A stretch of DNA of 45,237 nt from a virus (IMGVR_UViG_3300035034_002090:1-45237); one strand, 5' to 3'. Positions 34,096 to 43,857 are shown, counted from the stretch's first letter. The notes: generated from the letters alone by a model not told the origin. Translations and numbers: made by a program.

Positions 34096-34574
34096 TCATC
34101 GCACTCGTGTGCACGCCAGCGTGTGCGACCACGTCTAAAAAAGAAGATACTAAAAGGCCGGAGGTCGGACTAAGCGAGATAAATCCTCCCCCCGATAAGG
34201 GCGAGGGCGCAGTTCTCGGCGTAACGGCTACCACTGATGAGGATGTAGCTTGCTTACGTCATCTTGAGCTTCCCGTAGAGGGGGGATATTTCCTGTCCGA
34301 CGCCAAGCTAAAGGCCGCTGTAGAGCTTCGCCTGTACGCCGAGGATACCTACGTTGATGCGACCTTAAACAACAAGCTGTGTAAAATGAACGCTAGTATT
34401 GTCTGGGATAAGCTCGCTATCGCGGACGAAAAGCTCAAAGAGGTTGAAGATGAGCGATCAAGCTGGTGGTATCAAAACAAAGGGACTGTGTTTACCGGTC
34501 TCGGGTTCATTTTAGGCGCTTCTACGACCATCCTCATTGTGTACGGCGTCAATAAGGTCAGCGACACACCCTAA
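33990..34574 (+). CDS. Putative lipoprotein with C-terminal TM helix
   Basis: WIAVSLVIALVCTPA-C lipobox-like site; SWWYQNKGTVFTGLGFILGASTTILIVYGV TM. Confidence 0.7.
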   Translation: MENSDASSRAYDSSRASRGRRSGTSLTHTWIAVSLVIALVCTPACATTSKKEDTKRPEVGLSEINPPPDKGEGAVLGVTATTDEDVACLRHLELPVEGGYFLSDAKLKAAVELRLYAEDTYVDATLNNKLCKMNASIVWDKLAIADEKLKEVEDERSSWWYQNKGTVFTGLGFILGASTTILIVYGVNKVSDTP

Positions 34575-34616
34575 AAAATAAGGGTCAATCACTTTGTCTC
34601 AGACAATACAGGCACC

Positions 34617-34862
34617 ATGAGCAAGCCAGAACTTACAGAACGTCAGTCGGAAGTCCTAGAGGCTATCGGTAATCTAATCGAAGACTTTGGAGAGTCTCCA
34701 ACGCTTCGAGAAATTGCTGAGTATTTCGGCCAGCCCCGGGCTTCTTCGGTCAGGTACACGGTGGAAGCACTCAACAAAAAGGGCTATATCCACAGACGAG
34801 AAGACCCAAAGCGCGACAGGTATGCCGCCCGGGGAATTTCTCTTGTGGAAGACTCCGAGTAA
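34617..34862 (+). CDS. LexA-type N-terminal DNA-binding domain only (no peptidase domain)
   Basis: LTERQSEVL, SPTLREIAEYFG, EALNKKGYIHR, ARGISL; ends at 81 aa. Confidence 0.88.
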   Translation: MSKPELTERQSEVLEAIGNLIEDFGESPTLREIAEYFGQPRASSVRYTVEALNKKGYIHRREDPKRDRYAARGISLVEDSE

Positions 34863-34951
34863 GAGAGGGTGTTGCAGTATCGGATCCGGAGCTATACCCT
34901 TCTTTGTGCTAGGTGTATTCAATCTAGCGTAGGGATGATCCTAACGAGGGT

Positions 34952-35233
34952 ATGAATATGACAAAAAATGATATTGCAAAGCACATTTCCACCACCTTTG
35001 GCTTTACGGAGAAGCAGGCCAAGGAAGTAGTAGGGGAGACCCTAGACTTCATCGTGGGTAAAGTTCAGGAAGGCAAAGAGGTTCGCCTGAACGACTTTGG
35101 TGTTTTTGAGCCAAGGGAAAGAAGTGCGCGTACGGCGTACCACCCCGGAAGCGGTGAGCCAATCGATGTCCCCAAGCGAACTGTTCCTTATTTCCGACCC
35201 TTCAAGTATTTCAAAGAAGCAGTTGATCAATAA
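34952..35233 (+). CDS. hup: HU/IHF family DNA-binding protein
   Basis: MTKNDI, VRLNDFGVFE, RTAYHPGSGEPIDVP, PYFRP. Confidence 0.93.
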   Translation: MNMTKNDIAKHISTTFGFTEKQAKEVVGETLDFIVGKVQEGKEVRLNDFGVFEPRERSARTAYHPGSGEPIDVPKRTVPYFRPFKYFKEAVDQ

Positions 35234-35927
35234 TATTATGAGCTGAGGGGGCTTCCCTCTCAGCTTTCTCTGATGCCCTAGACTCATGCACCCCACCCCT
35301 ATCCCGCGTCGGGATGTTGTTCACGACCATAAACTTCCGAACGGCTTCATAGCTTACGTTGAACACGTGACCCACTTCCTCAAGCGTTAGGTTAAGGTCC
35401 CAATACATACGCCTAATCTGCTCAGGATCAGCGCTCTTTAGTGAACCAATATGGGATTTCTTCCGGACCCCTAGTCTGTTCGCCCGTCCAGACACACTCA
35501 TCCTAGACCTATTAAGCGACGAGGCTACATCCATACCCTCTTCAGGATACCTTTCTCTAATGACATCGTCCTCTTCGGGGGTGTATGGCTTCCTGCTTCT
35601 GCTTTTTAATGGCGTGAGAGTTATGAGAGCCTTCCTGCAAAAATCCACGATGTACTCAACACCAAACTCGCCATCTAACTCTTCTGATATTTCTCTGGCG
35701 TCTAGACCCTTCTCTGCTAAACCCTTAACTTCCTCCACCAACTCCCTCCGACGCTCCCTTTGATAATCCCTCCTACTCAACCCTAACTGCTTAGACCGGT
35801 AATATATTGAGCTGTCTGACTTGTCTTTGAGCAGCCCTTTCTCCCTCACGCTTGGGAGGCCACCCTTTAGGAATACCTCTCGCATAATTTCATCATCCTC
35901 TTCCGTCCATTCTGACTGATTCGGCAT
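35211..35927 (-). CDS. Multi-HTH (Myb/SANT-like repeats) DNA-binding protein
   Basis: WTEEDDEIMRE and YTPEEDDVIRERYP...LNRSRMSVSGRANRLG; LTLEEVGHVFNVSYEAV; AGGAG SD. Confidence 0.8.
   Translation of the reverse strand: MPNQSEWTEEDDEIMREVFLKGGLPSVREKGLLKDKSDSSIYYRSKQLGLSRRDYQRERRRELVEEVKGLAEKGLDAREISEELDGEFGVEYIVDFCRKALITLTPLKSRSRKPYTPEEDDVIRERYPEEGMDVASSLNRSRMSVSGRANRLGVRKKSHIGSLKSADPEQIRRMYWDLNLTLEEVGHVFNVSYEAVRKFMVVNNIPTRDRGGVHESRASEKAEREAPSAHNIIDQLLL
35241..35265 (+). terminator. Hairpin terminator after HU gene
   Basis: AGCTGAGGGG / CCTCTCAGCT then TTCTC. Confidence 0.55.
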
Positions 35928-36049
35928 CGTTATCTCCTGATGTCGGGTTATTATTACAGTGACAGTACAAAACTGGTTGGCGGATCGTCAATAATTGTGT
36001 AGGATCCTTGCGTGTTTAGATAGGTAACAACATATCTTTCGAGAATGCT

Positions 36050-36790
36050 ATGTCGGATAAAAAAGGAACCTTAATATTATTGTCTGGGAAAGCTAGGAGC
36101 GGAAAGGATACCGCTGGGGAGGTTCTCGTAGATGTCATAGATGGGCACACAGAGATCTTAGCGTTTGCAAAGCCCCTCAAAGACGCAGCGAGGCTCATAT
36201 ACGATCTGAGCGATGAGCAACTGTACGGGGACCTCAAGGAGACTAAGATTGAGGATATGTACCAAGACAATACTGTTCGTCTCTCCAGAAACGCCCGGAC
36301 AGATGAAGAATCGCTGACTGCCTTCGCAATCTTTATTAACCCCTCCTACAAAAGATTCGTTGATGCTGGGCTTTTCGAAATCGTCGACCTGCGTGACGAA
36401 AGGGTGACTTTCAGAAAATACGCAAGCCCGAGGACCATTCTTCAGGACTTGGGGGAGGCCGCAAGGGACATCTATATTGAAACTTGGGTTCGAAAAGCGT
36501 GGAATCACGCCGTCTCGCTTCTAGAGCAGGGTCATAACGCTGTCATCACAGACTGCCGCCACGGAAACGAAGCCGAGCTTCTCCGGAAAGCCCGAGCCAT
36601 GGGGCATAAGGCGATCGGCTTATACATGAAAAGAGATCAGGCTCAATCCGTCGCGTCGCACATCTCTGAAAAACATGAGTGGCTACCTGACTATGAAGAC
36701 GTCTTCGTTGAAATGGATAATAACGGCGTCGGGGAAGAGGGCTTAAAGGACCTCAAAGTAAGACTCGAAGAGGTCCTAGGCAATGCCTGA
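36050..36790 (+). CDS. Deoxynucleoside monophosphate kinase (phage type)
   Basis: LSGKARSGKDT, AFAKPLK, SPRTILQDLGE, VITDCRHGNE, HISE. Confidence 0.9.
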   Translation: MSDKKGTLILLSGKARSGKDTAGEVLVDVIDGHTEILAFAKPLKDAARLIYDLSDEQLYGDLKETKIEDMYQDNTVRLSRNARTDEESLTAFAIFINPSYKRFVDAGLFEIVDLRDERVTFRKYASPRTILQDLGEAARDIYIETWVRKAWNHAVSLLEQGHNAVITDCRHGNEAELLRKARAMGHKAIGLYMKRDQAQSVASHISEKHEWLPDYEDVFVEMDNNGVGEEGLKDLKVRLEEVLGNA

Positions 36791-37079
36791 TGAAAGGCTT
36801 GAAGTCATCGAGATTGCCCTGAGGCTCCCTTCGAGTGGAACAGAAGCCTACCTGCCTATCCGCCTGAACATCGATTGGGCGGCAGACGAGTTTAACCCGG
36901 ACAAGAACCACTCTGGCATAGAGGCTAACGTAGCTCTTTTGAGTGAGATCAGGCGTCATCTCGAAACAGCACTGGAAGAGCGATCAATACTGTTCACGCT
37001 ACTGTCTTGCTGCGAGATGCTTCCAGATGGGAAGTCGGCTGACATTACACCGGCCCTAGAAGAATACGAGAAAAGCTGA
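36783..37079 (+). CDS. Hypothetical protein (98 aa)
   Basis: Overlaps upstream stop; GAGG SD. Confidence 0.65.
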   Translation: MPDERLEVIEIALRLPSSGTEAYLPIRLNIDWAADEFNPDKNHSGIEANVALLSEIRRHLETALEERSILFTLLSCCEMLPDGKSADITPALEEYEKS

Positions 37080-37152
37080 GTCTGACTCAGACTTGGTCTA
37101 CGGTCGATTAAGTGACAACTACACTAGTGCATAGATAACGGACGAGATCAGT

Positions 37153-38697
37153 ATGAAGAAACGGTATGATGGCTACCTTGCTTATATCTCCGAGCACTAT
37201 CCTGAGAAGAGCGTCCCAGAGATTGCTCAGCTATACAATGAGAACGAGGACGCGGAAGTCAGCCTCAGCACTATCGAGAGGGACCTGTACCGGGTCACAT
37301 CTGAGATGGAAGAGCAAGAGGCTACTCAGGAGAGCAAGGGTACGCCGGAAGAGGGCTCTGGATCCGAAGATCCCGACTGGACATGGGGTAAGGAATCCAG
37401 CGTTCCTCCGACCATGGATCCCGGGATGGAAGAGCCGCCGGAGCAAGCCATCGGGCTAACGGAGATCAAGCGGTCCTATTTCTACAACAAGGAAGACGAC
37501 GTATACATTGTCTTTCTTCGCGGCCGAAAAAAGAATATTCAGGTCGATGGTAAAACTGTCCGGGAAATGAAGACGGCTTACTCAGATCATGTTGATAAGG
37601 GTGAGACCATCAACAAAGTCTGTCATCGATTCGGATGGAGGCGAGAAGACTTCATCGATTTCAAGGTAGCTCTAGGATGGACACACGATGAAGATCCCTT
37701 CACAGACGAAGAACACGTATTACGTTCCACTCCAGACCTCGTCAGCGATATGGCGATGCAACAGCGGGGTGTCTTCGAGCGAGAATGGAACCGAAAAAAG
37801 TGGAAGCTCACAGTAGAGGACGCTCACAAGTGGAGAAACTTCAACCGAGGCGTCATTGAGCCTCTATTTGATCATGTATCTCACCACCCTCCCCGCAAAG
37901 ACGTCCAAAAATTAGACCTTCCTCAGAAGCATTTCCTAGCCGTATTTGCCCCTCAGGACCTTCACATCGATAAGCTGAACGTCGATGGGACTGGCATTAA
38001 AGAAACGAGAGAGCACCTGCTGGAGACCACAAGTCGCCTAATCTCTCAGATAACCAAAAGGGGGCGACCAGAGAGAGTCCAGCTAATATTGGGATCGGAC
38101 TGGTGGAATAGTGACAACGACCACGCACAAACTCACTCGGGCACGCCCCAAGATAACGACGGACTACCTCTGACTGGTCTAATCGCAGGCTATGAGCTTC
38201 AAATTGAGCTTATTGATATGCTCAGGTGCCTTGGCCATGTAGAGGTCCGAGTGGTTCCGGGAAATCATGATTGGAGGACGAGTCAAGTTGCTTGGTGCGG
38301 ACTTCGGCACGGCTACTCCAAGGATGACGACGTAAGTATCGTCAATACGATCCTGCCATACCAATACGACCAGTTCGGCGACGTTGCCATAGGGTTTCAC
38401 CACGGTCACGGCATCAGGGGATCTAGATCATCACGTCCACTAAAATACGGCATGATGATGGCCAAACATCGCCCTGACCTGTGGGGATCAACTAGGTTCA
38501 GGTACTGGATCGTGGGCCACCTCCACGGCATAGATGAAGTTGATGACGGCATCACGATCCTACAGACCCCCTCGCTTGCTGGAGACGACCGCTGGCACTA
38601 CCTCAATGGGTACACTACCAGAGACAGGGGTCAGGCTGCCTACATCTTCGATCGAGACTTTGGTCTTGTGTCGAGGGAGCTTGCTCTCATTCGTTAA
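37153..38697 (+). CDS. Calcineurin-like metallophosphoesterase with N-terminal HTH-like extension
   Basis: QDLH, GSDWWNSD, VPGNHD, FHHGHG, GHLH. Confidence 0.88.
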   Translation: MKKRYDGYLAYISEHYPEKSVPEIAQLYNENEDAEVSLSTIERDLYRVTSEMEEQEATQESKGTPEEGSGSEDPDWTWGKESSVPPTMDPGMEEPPEQAIGLTEIKRSYFYNKEDDVYIVFLRGRKKNIQVDGKTVREMKTAYSDHVDKGETINKVCHRFGWRREDFIDFKVALGWTHDEDPFTDEEHVLRSTPDLVSDMAMQQRGVFEREWNRKKWKLTVEDAHKWRNFNRGVIEPLFDHVSHHPPRKDVQKLDLPQKHFLAVFAPQDLHIDKLNVDGTGIKETREHLLETTSRLISQITKRGRPERVQLILGSDWWNSDNDHAQTHSGTPQDNDGLPLTGLIAGYELQIELIDMLRCLGHVEVRVVPGNHDWRTSQVAWCGLRHGYSKDDDVSIVNTILPYQYDQFGDVAIGFHHGHGIRGSRSSRPLKYGMMMAKHRPDLWGSTRFRYWIVGHLHGIDEVDDGITILQTPSLAGDDRWHYLNGYTTRDRGQAAYIFDRDFGLVSRELALIR

Positions 38698-38753
38698 ACC
38701 CATTCTTGCGTGCGCGAGGGCGCGTGCGCGTACTCCCGAGAGGACCATAGCAT

Positions 38754-39062
38754 ATGTCGCTAAATGTACGGCTAGAGAAGGCTCTTAAGGAAGCCCACAA
38801 GAGAATATCGAAAGACAAGGATCTTCTCAGAACTATCAGAAAAAAGAACTTCGATGAGCCTGAGACTTGGGATCTGAGGCGCGTGATCTACGACGAAGCC
38901 GTGGGAATGAAGTGGGACAGGCGCGTGAAACGTCCTTTCATAGATAATGCCGCATCGTCGTACAAGTCACGTGCCCTAAAAGTAGCTGAATACCTTATCA
39001 AGAAACCCAATCACGTGATCAAACTTCTAGAGCAATCTAAGGATTTCAGAAAAGGATCCTAG
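38754..39062 (+). CDS. Hypothetical basic protein (102 aa)
   Basis: GAGG SD. Confidence 0.7.
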   Translation: MSLNVRLEKALKEAHKRISKDKDLLRTIRKKNFDEPETWDLRRVIYDEAVGMKWDRRVKRPFIDNAASSYKSRALKVAEYLIKKPNHVIKLLEQSKDFRKGS

Positions 39063-39081
39063 TGCTTGCTAATTTAACGCG

Positions 39082-39516
39082 ATGCCTTTAGGCTCGCCTG
39101 AGGTAATTATGTATGACCAACGATCTATTGTGAATCTAACCCTGTTCACCCCTTCTAGGGAGATGAGAAAGCAGGGCGTGTTCGAGCTACCAACCAATCA
39201 AAGATTTCGATTGCGACAACTCCTTGAATGCGTGCCTGAAGAGCCGCCGCCGCCAGAAGAAATTGCTGGCCTAGCGAAGGCTTTATCGGAATTAGCAGAA
39301 TATTCGGGTGCTAGAGAAGCCATTGTATCAGCCCCACCTTACCTCATCTCATCGATCGAGCATGAGCTTAGAGAGAAGGACATCCAGCCGGTATATCCGT
39401 ATGGCTCTGCGAAGAGATATGAGATAGAGACCGAGGTGGAGGGAGTTTCCGCCGTGAGATGCGGTTACTGCCTGAAGGGGTTTATCAGTCCACCAGCTCC
39501 CGGATCGATCACATGA
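39082..39516 (+). CDS. Hypothetical protein (~144 aa)
   Basis: ORF in operon context; start may be internal (GAGG-ATG 39109). Confidence 0.65.
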   Translation: MPLGSPEVIMYDQRSIVNLTLFTPSREMRKQGVFELPTNQRFRLRQLLECVPEEPPPPEEIAGLAKALSELAEYSGAREAIVSAPPYLISSIEHELREKDIQPVYPYGSAKRYEIETEVEGVSAVRCGYCLKGFISPPAPGSIT

Positions 39517-39830
39517 CTTCAACCCAGATACCCTTAACCAGTGAGATGTGCAGACTAATGATGCACCTTGCTTACCATAAAGCTGAGAGGGGTGTGAGGG
39601 GTCTGGTTTTGAATAAGCTAGAGGACTTTTCCAAAGCCACAATCGATGGATGCCTGAGCCGTGGCGTCATCACTGCTGGAGAACGTAAAAGCCAGAGGAC
39701 TTACTTTCTGTCCTCTGAAGGTCGCCGGAAGGTGGAGTCTTGGGTTAACTCAGGGCTAGACGAATCCGGGCTCCCCTTATCCTCTCAGTGGCGGGCCAGA
39801 CTAAGGCCCCGTTATTGGAATGAAGATTAA
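39513..39830 (+). CDS. Small winged-helix-like protein
   Basis: ATGA overlap; CLSRGVI...RTYFLSSEGRR wing motif. Confidence 0.6.
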   Translation: MTSTQIPLTSEMCRLMMHLAYHKAERGVRGLVLNKLEDFSKATIDGCLSRGVITAGERKSQRTYFLSSEGRRKVESWVNSGLDESGLPLSSQWRARLRPRYWNED

Positions 39831-39882
39831 GTGCACCTGTGTGCATTAAGCTAGAAGACCTATATCGTGCAATCGTGTGCAC
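39831..39882. promoter_or_regulatory. Two GTGCA-N6-TGCA(C/T) palindromes upstream of the putative replication gene
   Basis: GTGCACCTGTGTGCAT (39831-39846) and GTGCAATCGTGTGCAC (39867-39882). Confidence 0.55.
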
Positions 39883-39907
39883 GCTCGTAACGCCAAAGGA
39901 GACTGAT

Positions 39908-41323
39908 ATGCTCATCATACATGAGCTAGACAATTACGTTGTTCAGAAGCACCTCAATGGGTATGGCCCAGCCTTTTCATTACTAAGTGCCATCTCACGG
40001 GTAACCGAAGCTAATGGCTTCTGTACGCTTCGAGCTGAAAAGATTGAACAGCTGGGAGGCATCTCGAAAGACCAGCGCATCAAGGCCACGAAGAGGCTTG
40101 CTAGCATCGGCTACATCGATGTCAAAGAGCGCTGGGACCCTAAGGCTCACGGCCAGCTACCTAATGTCATCTGGCGATGTAAAATCACTAAGAGCTTGCT
40201 TCAGGAGTTTGCTGATAACAGATTCGTGCCTGACTATAACAACACGATCGTGATCAGGGACAAGGATGGTAAGCTCGCCCCCGGTCTTCACGAGGACATG
40301 ATCGCCGACGATGTCCCTGATCGAATCGAGGGTCGGCCAAATGAGATTGACGTGCCCTTTATCGATACGAAGGCCCAGCAGCCCAGACCTGACCGGCCGT
40401 CTCGCGGAATCTCGCGAGTAGAGATTTACCCCACCCCAGAGGACGCCGTTTTTGAGGGGGGTTCGAGGTCCTTTTCTAGGGGGGTCGATAAACCCCGACA
40501 GAATATATACAATAAAAGAAGAGATAAGGATGATATGTCCGATCGTCTCTCAGACCCTCGCTCCGCTCGTGTCTTCGTTCCTTCGGACTCAAAGAAGGAG
40601 GGCAAGAGCCTCCGGCCCGCCTTCGGCGGCCCTCCGGCTTCGCCTTCGGAGATTCCGGCTTCGCCGGGGAGGAATAAGGTTGGGGGAGTGATTTCGAGAA
40701 AGACGTCTGGATCTGAAATTAAATCGAACGCCAAATTTGAAGATCTAGACAACCTGACGGTTGTGACGACCGAGTCAGAGACTCAGTCGTTTGTTGCCCC
40801 AACCTCCCTAATCCCTCCCTCCCCGATTGATGGGTCGAATCGCGAGGCGTATTTGTTCTCGTGCGTCCAGTACCATCATCGTGAGCAGGCGTATGCCATC
40901 ATGGCCGAGGACACGCCGGACGCTTGGAGGGAGTATGAAGTGCTTCTGGAGCTGCAAGTTCATGTGTATGGGCTCGCCAGACGCCATGACCGTGGTGTCG
41001 CCAGCGTGAAGCCGCTGCCTAGGGATACGGGACGCCTGAACAACATGATGGCAGCTGTCGATCACCTCGGTGGCATTGATGGCGCAAAAGAGTACCTAGA
41101 AATGGCATTTGAGCGCGGTCTTAGCTGGATCCAGACAAAGATCAAGCACTGGAATGACCTCGACATATGGACGCTTCTGGTGTCCGGATGCCGAAACGAA
41201 TACCTCACCCCTAACGATGGTTTCGAGAAGCCTGCGCACTTGCTTGCGGGTGAATGGAACGAGCCCAGCGCTGAGGAAAGTGACTACCAAGGACCGTCTT
41301 GGGCGTCGGGTTACCTTACTTAA
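39908..41323 (+). CDS. Putative replication initiator (N-terminal wHTH, low-complexity linker, C-terminal helical domain)
   Basis: AAGGAG SD; IEQLGGISKDQRIKATKRLASIGYIDV HTH-like segment; immediately upstream of dnaN. Confidence 0.6.
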   Translation: MLIIHELDNYVVQKHLNGYGPAFSLLSAISRVTEANGFCTLRAEKIEQLGGISKDQRIKATKRLASIGYIDVKERWDPKAHGQLPNVIWRCKITKSLLQEFADNRFVPDYNNTIVIRDKDGKLAPGLHEDMIADDVPDRIEGRPNEIDVPFIDTKAQQPRPDRPSRGISRVEIYPTPEDAVFEGGSRSFSRGVDKPRQNIYNKRRDKDDMSDRLSDPRSARVFVPSDSKKEGKSLRPAFGGPPASPSEIPASPGRNKVGGVISRKTSGSEIKSNAKFEDLDNLTVVTTESETQSFVAPTSLIPPSPIDGSNREAYLFSCVQYHHREQAYAIMAEDTPDAWREYEVLLELQVHVYGLARRHDRGVASVKPLPRDTGRLNNMMAAVDHLGGIDGAKEYLEMAFERGLSWIQTKIKHWNDLDIWTLLVSGCRNEYLTPNDGFEKPAHLLAGEWNEPSAEESDYQGPSWASGYLT

Positions 41324-41341
41324 TTCAAGGACGATATAACG

Positions 41342-42505
41342 ATGAAATTCAGCGCAAAACTGCCGGTATTCTTGGAAGCAGCCTCCAAAGCCAAGAGAGC
41401 TGTGGGGTCCAAAGACCTTAACGAAATCATGCGTTCCATGCTTGTAGACGCAAGAGAGGACGGCACCGTGGTGCTTGCTGGAACGAACACCAGCGAGACC
41501 GTAGTCGTCGAGATCGAGGCTGACGTCCACACTCCCGGAGCTTCCGCACTGATGGGCGACGATTTGTATGCACTTATCAGCCGGTTCCCAAAAGGCGAGA
41601 GCCGTGACATTAACTTCGAGCTAGATCACAAGGGCTGGTGCAACATTCAGTGCGGAAAAATCAAGAGCCGTGTCGCCGGACTGGACCCCGAAATGTACCC
41701 CAAGATTCACGACGGTTACGAGAGTGATGCAAAGTTCAAGGTCACCTGTGAGACGATCACGCGCCTCTTCGGGAAGACGATCTTCTGCATCGACAAAAAG
41801 GACACCCGGGTCCAGCTAACAGGCGTGTATTTTCAGCTCGATGAAGAGAACGAGCGGATCTTGGCCACAACAACAGATGGCCATCGTCTTGCCCTGTGTT
41901 ATGCCGAGCATGAGTTTCTCTTCGACGTCACGCCAGAGGCGAGGGAGTGGATCAAAGAGGGCGTGATCATCCCGGGCAATGTCGTTCAGGATATGCTTTC
42001 CTTTATTTCCGGATACGATCCTGAAACCGTCATCAATTTCAGCAGGTTTCGCACATCAGGCATCACCCTCCAGCATGATAAATGGAGGATGACCTCTATG
42101 CTTATTGACGCTAAGTACCCGAACCTCTTGGACGTGCTCCCTAAGGAATGGAAGCGGAAGCTTCAGTTCGATCGCGGCCAGTTCTTGGAGGCTGTCAGGT
42201 TGGTGTCACTTTTCGCCGAGGACAAGTCAAACAAGTGCCGACTTCACATCAGTGGGTCTAAAGTTTTGCTGGAGGCTACCGACAAAGGTCGTGGAGAGGT
42301 CGAGCAGGAACTGGACATCATGGAAGGGGAGCATACCGGAGATGAGGTCGTCATGGGCTATCAGGTTCACTATCTCAAGGATGCTCTGTCGAACGTCGAT
42401 GGAGCTTCTATCGAGCTTAGGTACATCGACAACACCATGCCTTCGCTTATTCAGGACACCGACGATCTGATGCTTCAGATGATCGTCATGCCTATGCGCG
42501 TCTGA
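41342..42505 (+). CDS. dnaN: DNA polymerase III beta sliding clamp
   Basis: LTGVYFQ, ATTTDGHRLA, GVIIP, LIDAKYPN, YLKDAL, IVMPMRV; 387 aa. Confidence 0.93.
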   Translation: MKFSAKLPVFLEAASKAKRAVGSKDLNEIMRSMLVDAREDGTVVLAGTNTSETVVVEIEADVHTPGASALMGDDLYALISRFPKGESRDINFELDHKGWCNIQCGKIKSRVAGLDPEMYPKIHDGYESDAKFKVTCETITRLFGKTIFCIDKKDTRVQLTGVYFQLDEENERILATTTDGHRLALCYAEHEFLFDVTPEAREWIKEGVIIPGNVVQDMLSFISGYDPETVINFSRFRTSGITLQHDKWRMTSMLIDAKYPNLLDVLPKEWKRKLQFDRGQFLEAVRLVSLFAEDKSNKCRLHISGSKVLLEATDKGRGEVEQELDIMEGEHTGDEVVMGYQVHYLKDALSNVDGASIELRYIDNTMPSLIQDTDDLMLQMIVMPMRV

Positions 42506-42521
42506 CAACGAGAAAGCAACC

Positions 42522-43280
42522 ATGGATGCTTGGAACATTTATCCACCCTACTGCCCGCCATATGATATGGAAGACAATATCAATTCCTACACGCTTCAAA
42601 TCGAAGATCGCTACGTCGGCGTCGTCGAGGACCTTCTCATCGAACAAGGTGCCAGATACATCATCGGCGTCGATGAGGTCGGCATGGGGCCTCTGGCTGG
42701 TCCCGTGACAGCAGCCGCTGTGATGATTGACTGTGACAATCTTGACGCCGAGTGGCTCTCCCGCGTCAATGACTCAAAGAAGCTTTCTGAGTCGAAGCGT
42801 GACAGCATCGTCGAGGATATTCGAGCCAATGTCGTTGACAGGAGCGTTGCCAGTCGAAGCCCAGCCGCTATCGACGCCAAGGGCCTGTCAAAGTGCCTCG
42901 AAGAGGTCATGACGCAAGTTGTGTGCGAAATCATGTCCAGCTCTGGGATTCATCCCGATGTTGTTGTTATCGATGGTACGGGCTCGAATCTTCCGGTCGA
43001 TGTGCATCAGATAAGGATCAAAAAGGGTGATGGGCTCAGCTACCATATCGGCGCAGCTAGCATCCTTGCCAAGGTGAGCCGGGATAGCCATATGTACGAT
43101 ATGCACGCACGCTGGCCCGAGTATGGTTTCTGTAGCCACAAGGGTTACGGCACCAAGCAACACATCGAAGCGATTGAACGACACGGCCCTTGCTCGGTGC
43201 ATCGGCTGACATTCGGTAAGGTGCGCCAGCACAAAGAGCGACTACGAACTTCTCCACGACCCCCAAACACAAAGGTGTAA
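42522..43280 (+). CDS. rnhB: Ribonuclease HII
   Basis: IGVDEVGMGPLAGPV, NDSKKLSE, KGDGLSYHIGAASILAKVSRD, HKGYGTKQH. Confidence 0.96.
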   Translation: MDAWNIYPPYCPPYDMEDNINSYTLQIEDRYVGVVEDLLIEQGARYIIGVDEVGMGPLAGPVTAAAVMIDCDNLDAEWLSRVNDSKKLSESKRDSIVEDIRANVVDRSVASRSPAAIDAKGLSKCLEEVMTQVVCEIMSSSGIHPDVVVIDGTGSNLPVDVHQIRIKKGDGLSYHIGAASILAKVSRDSHMYDMHARWPEYGFCSHKGYGTKQHIEAIERHGPCSVHRLTFGKVRQHKERLRTSPRPPNTKV

Positions 43281-43281
43281 T

Positions 43282-43857
43282 ATGCCGCTATTGGACAGAA
43301 TATTAGTTGTTGATCTCGAAGCGACCTGCTGGCCGCATGAGACCCCCGAGGACGAGCAACAGGAAACTATCGAGGTTGGCCTGTGCGAAGTCAGACTCGA
43401 TAGCGGCACTGTTGCACTCGGGGACCGCATCAGCTATTTGGTGGCCCCACAGCAGTCCACTGTGAGCGAGTTCTGCACATCACTCACCACACTTACTCAA
43501 GAGGATGTTGAGCAAGGTCTCCCGCTCGATGAAGTTCTATCTGAAATTAAAGAAACCCACCTTTCTTCTGAGGTCCCTTGGGCAAGCTGGGGGGCATGGG
43601 ACAGGTATTTCCTACAGGGTGAGTGTGACAGAAAGGGCATCCACTTCCCGTTTCACCACTTCCACTATAACGTCAAAGCCCTGTTCGGCCTGATGACCGG
43701 TAAGATGGATACCAACTTCAACGTGAAGTCAGCTACAAAGGAGCTGGGTATGGAGTTCGATGGCACGCTACACAGGGGCCATGATGACGCCTACAACATC
43801 GCTAGGATCCTCAAAAAGCTTGTGGTAGGCTCTAGGCCGAACTTTACCTCTACGTGA
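43282..43857 (+). CDS. DEDDh 3'-5' exonuclease (ERI-1/KapD-like)
   Basis: VVDLEATCW, IEVG, SEFCTSLT, SWGAWD, HRGHDDAYN. Confidence 0.92.
   Translation: MPLLDRILVVDLEATCWPHETPEDEQQETIEVGLCEVRLDSGTVALGDRISYLVAPQQSTVSEFCTSLTTLTQEDVEQGLPLDEVLSEIKETHLSSEVPWASWGAWDRYFLQGECDRKGIHFPFHHFHYNVKALFGLMTGKMDTNFNVKSATKELGMEFDGTLHRGHDDAYNIARILKKLVVGSRPNFTST

Noticed and set aside
37076-37090. Perfect palindrome CTGAGTC-T-GACTCAG
   Set aside because: Single occurrence with no second copy seen; a function cannot be supported
38708-38730. GCGTGCGCG twice in an intergenic gap
   Set aside because: Short low-complexity repeat with no further support
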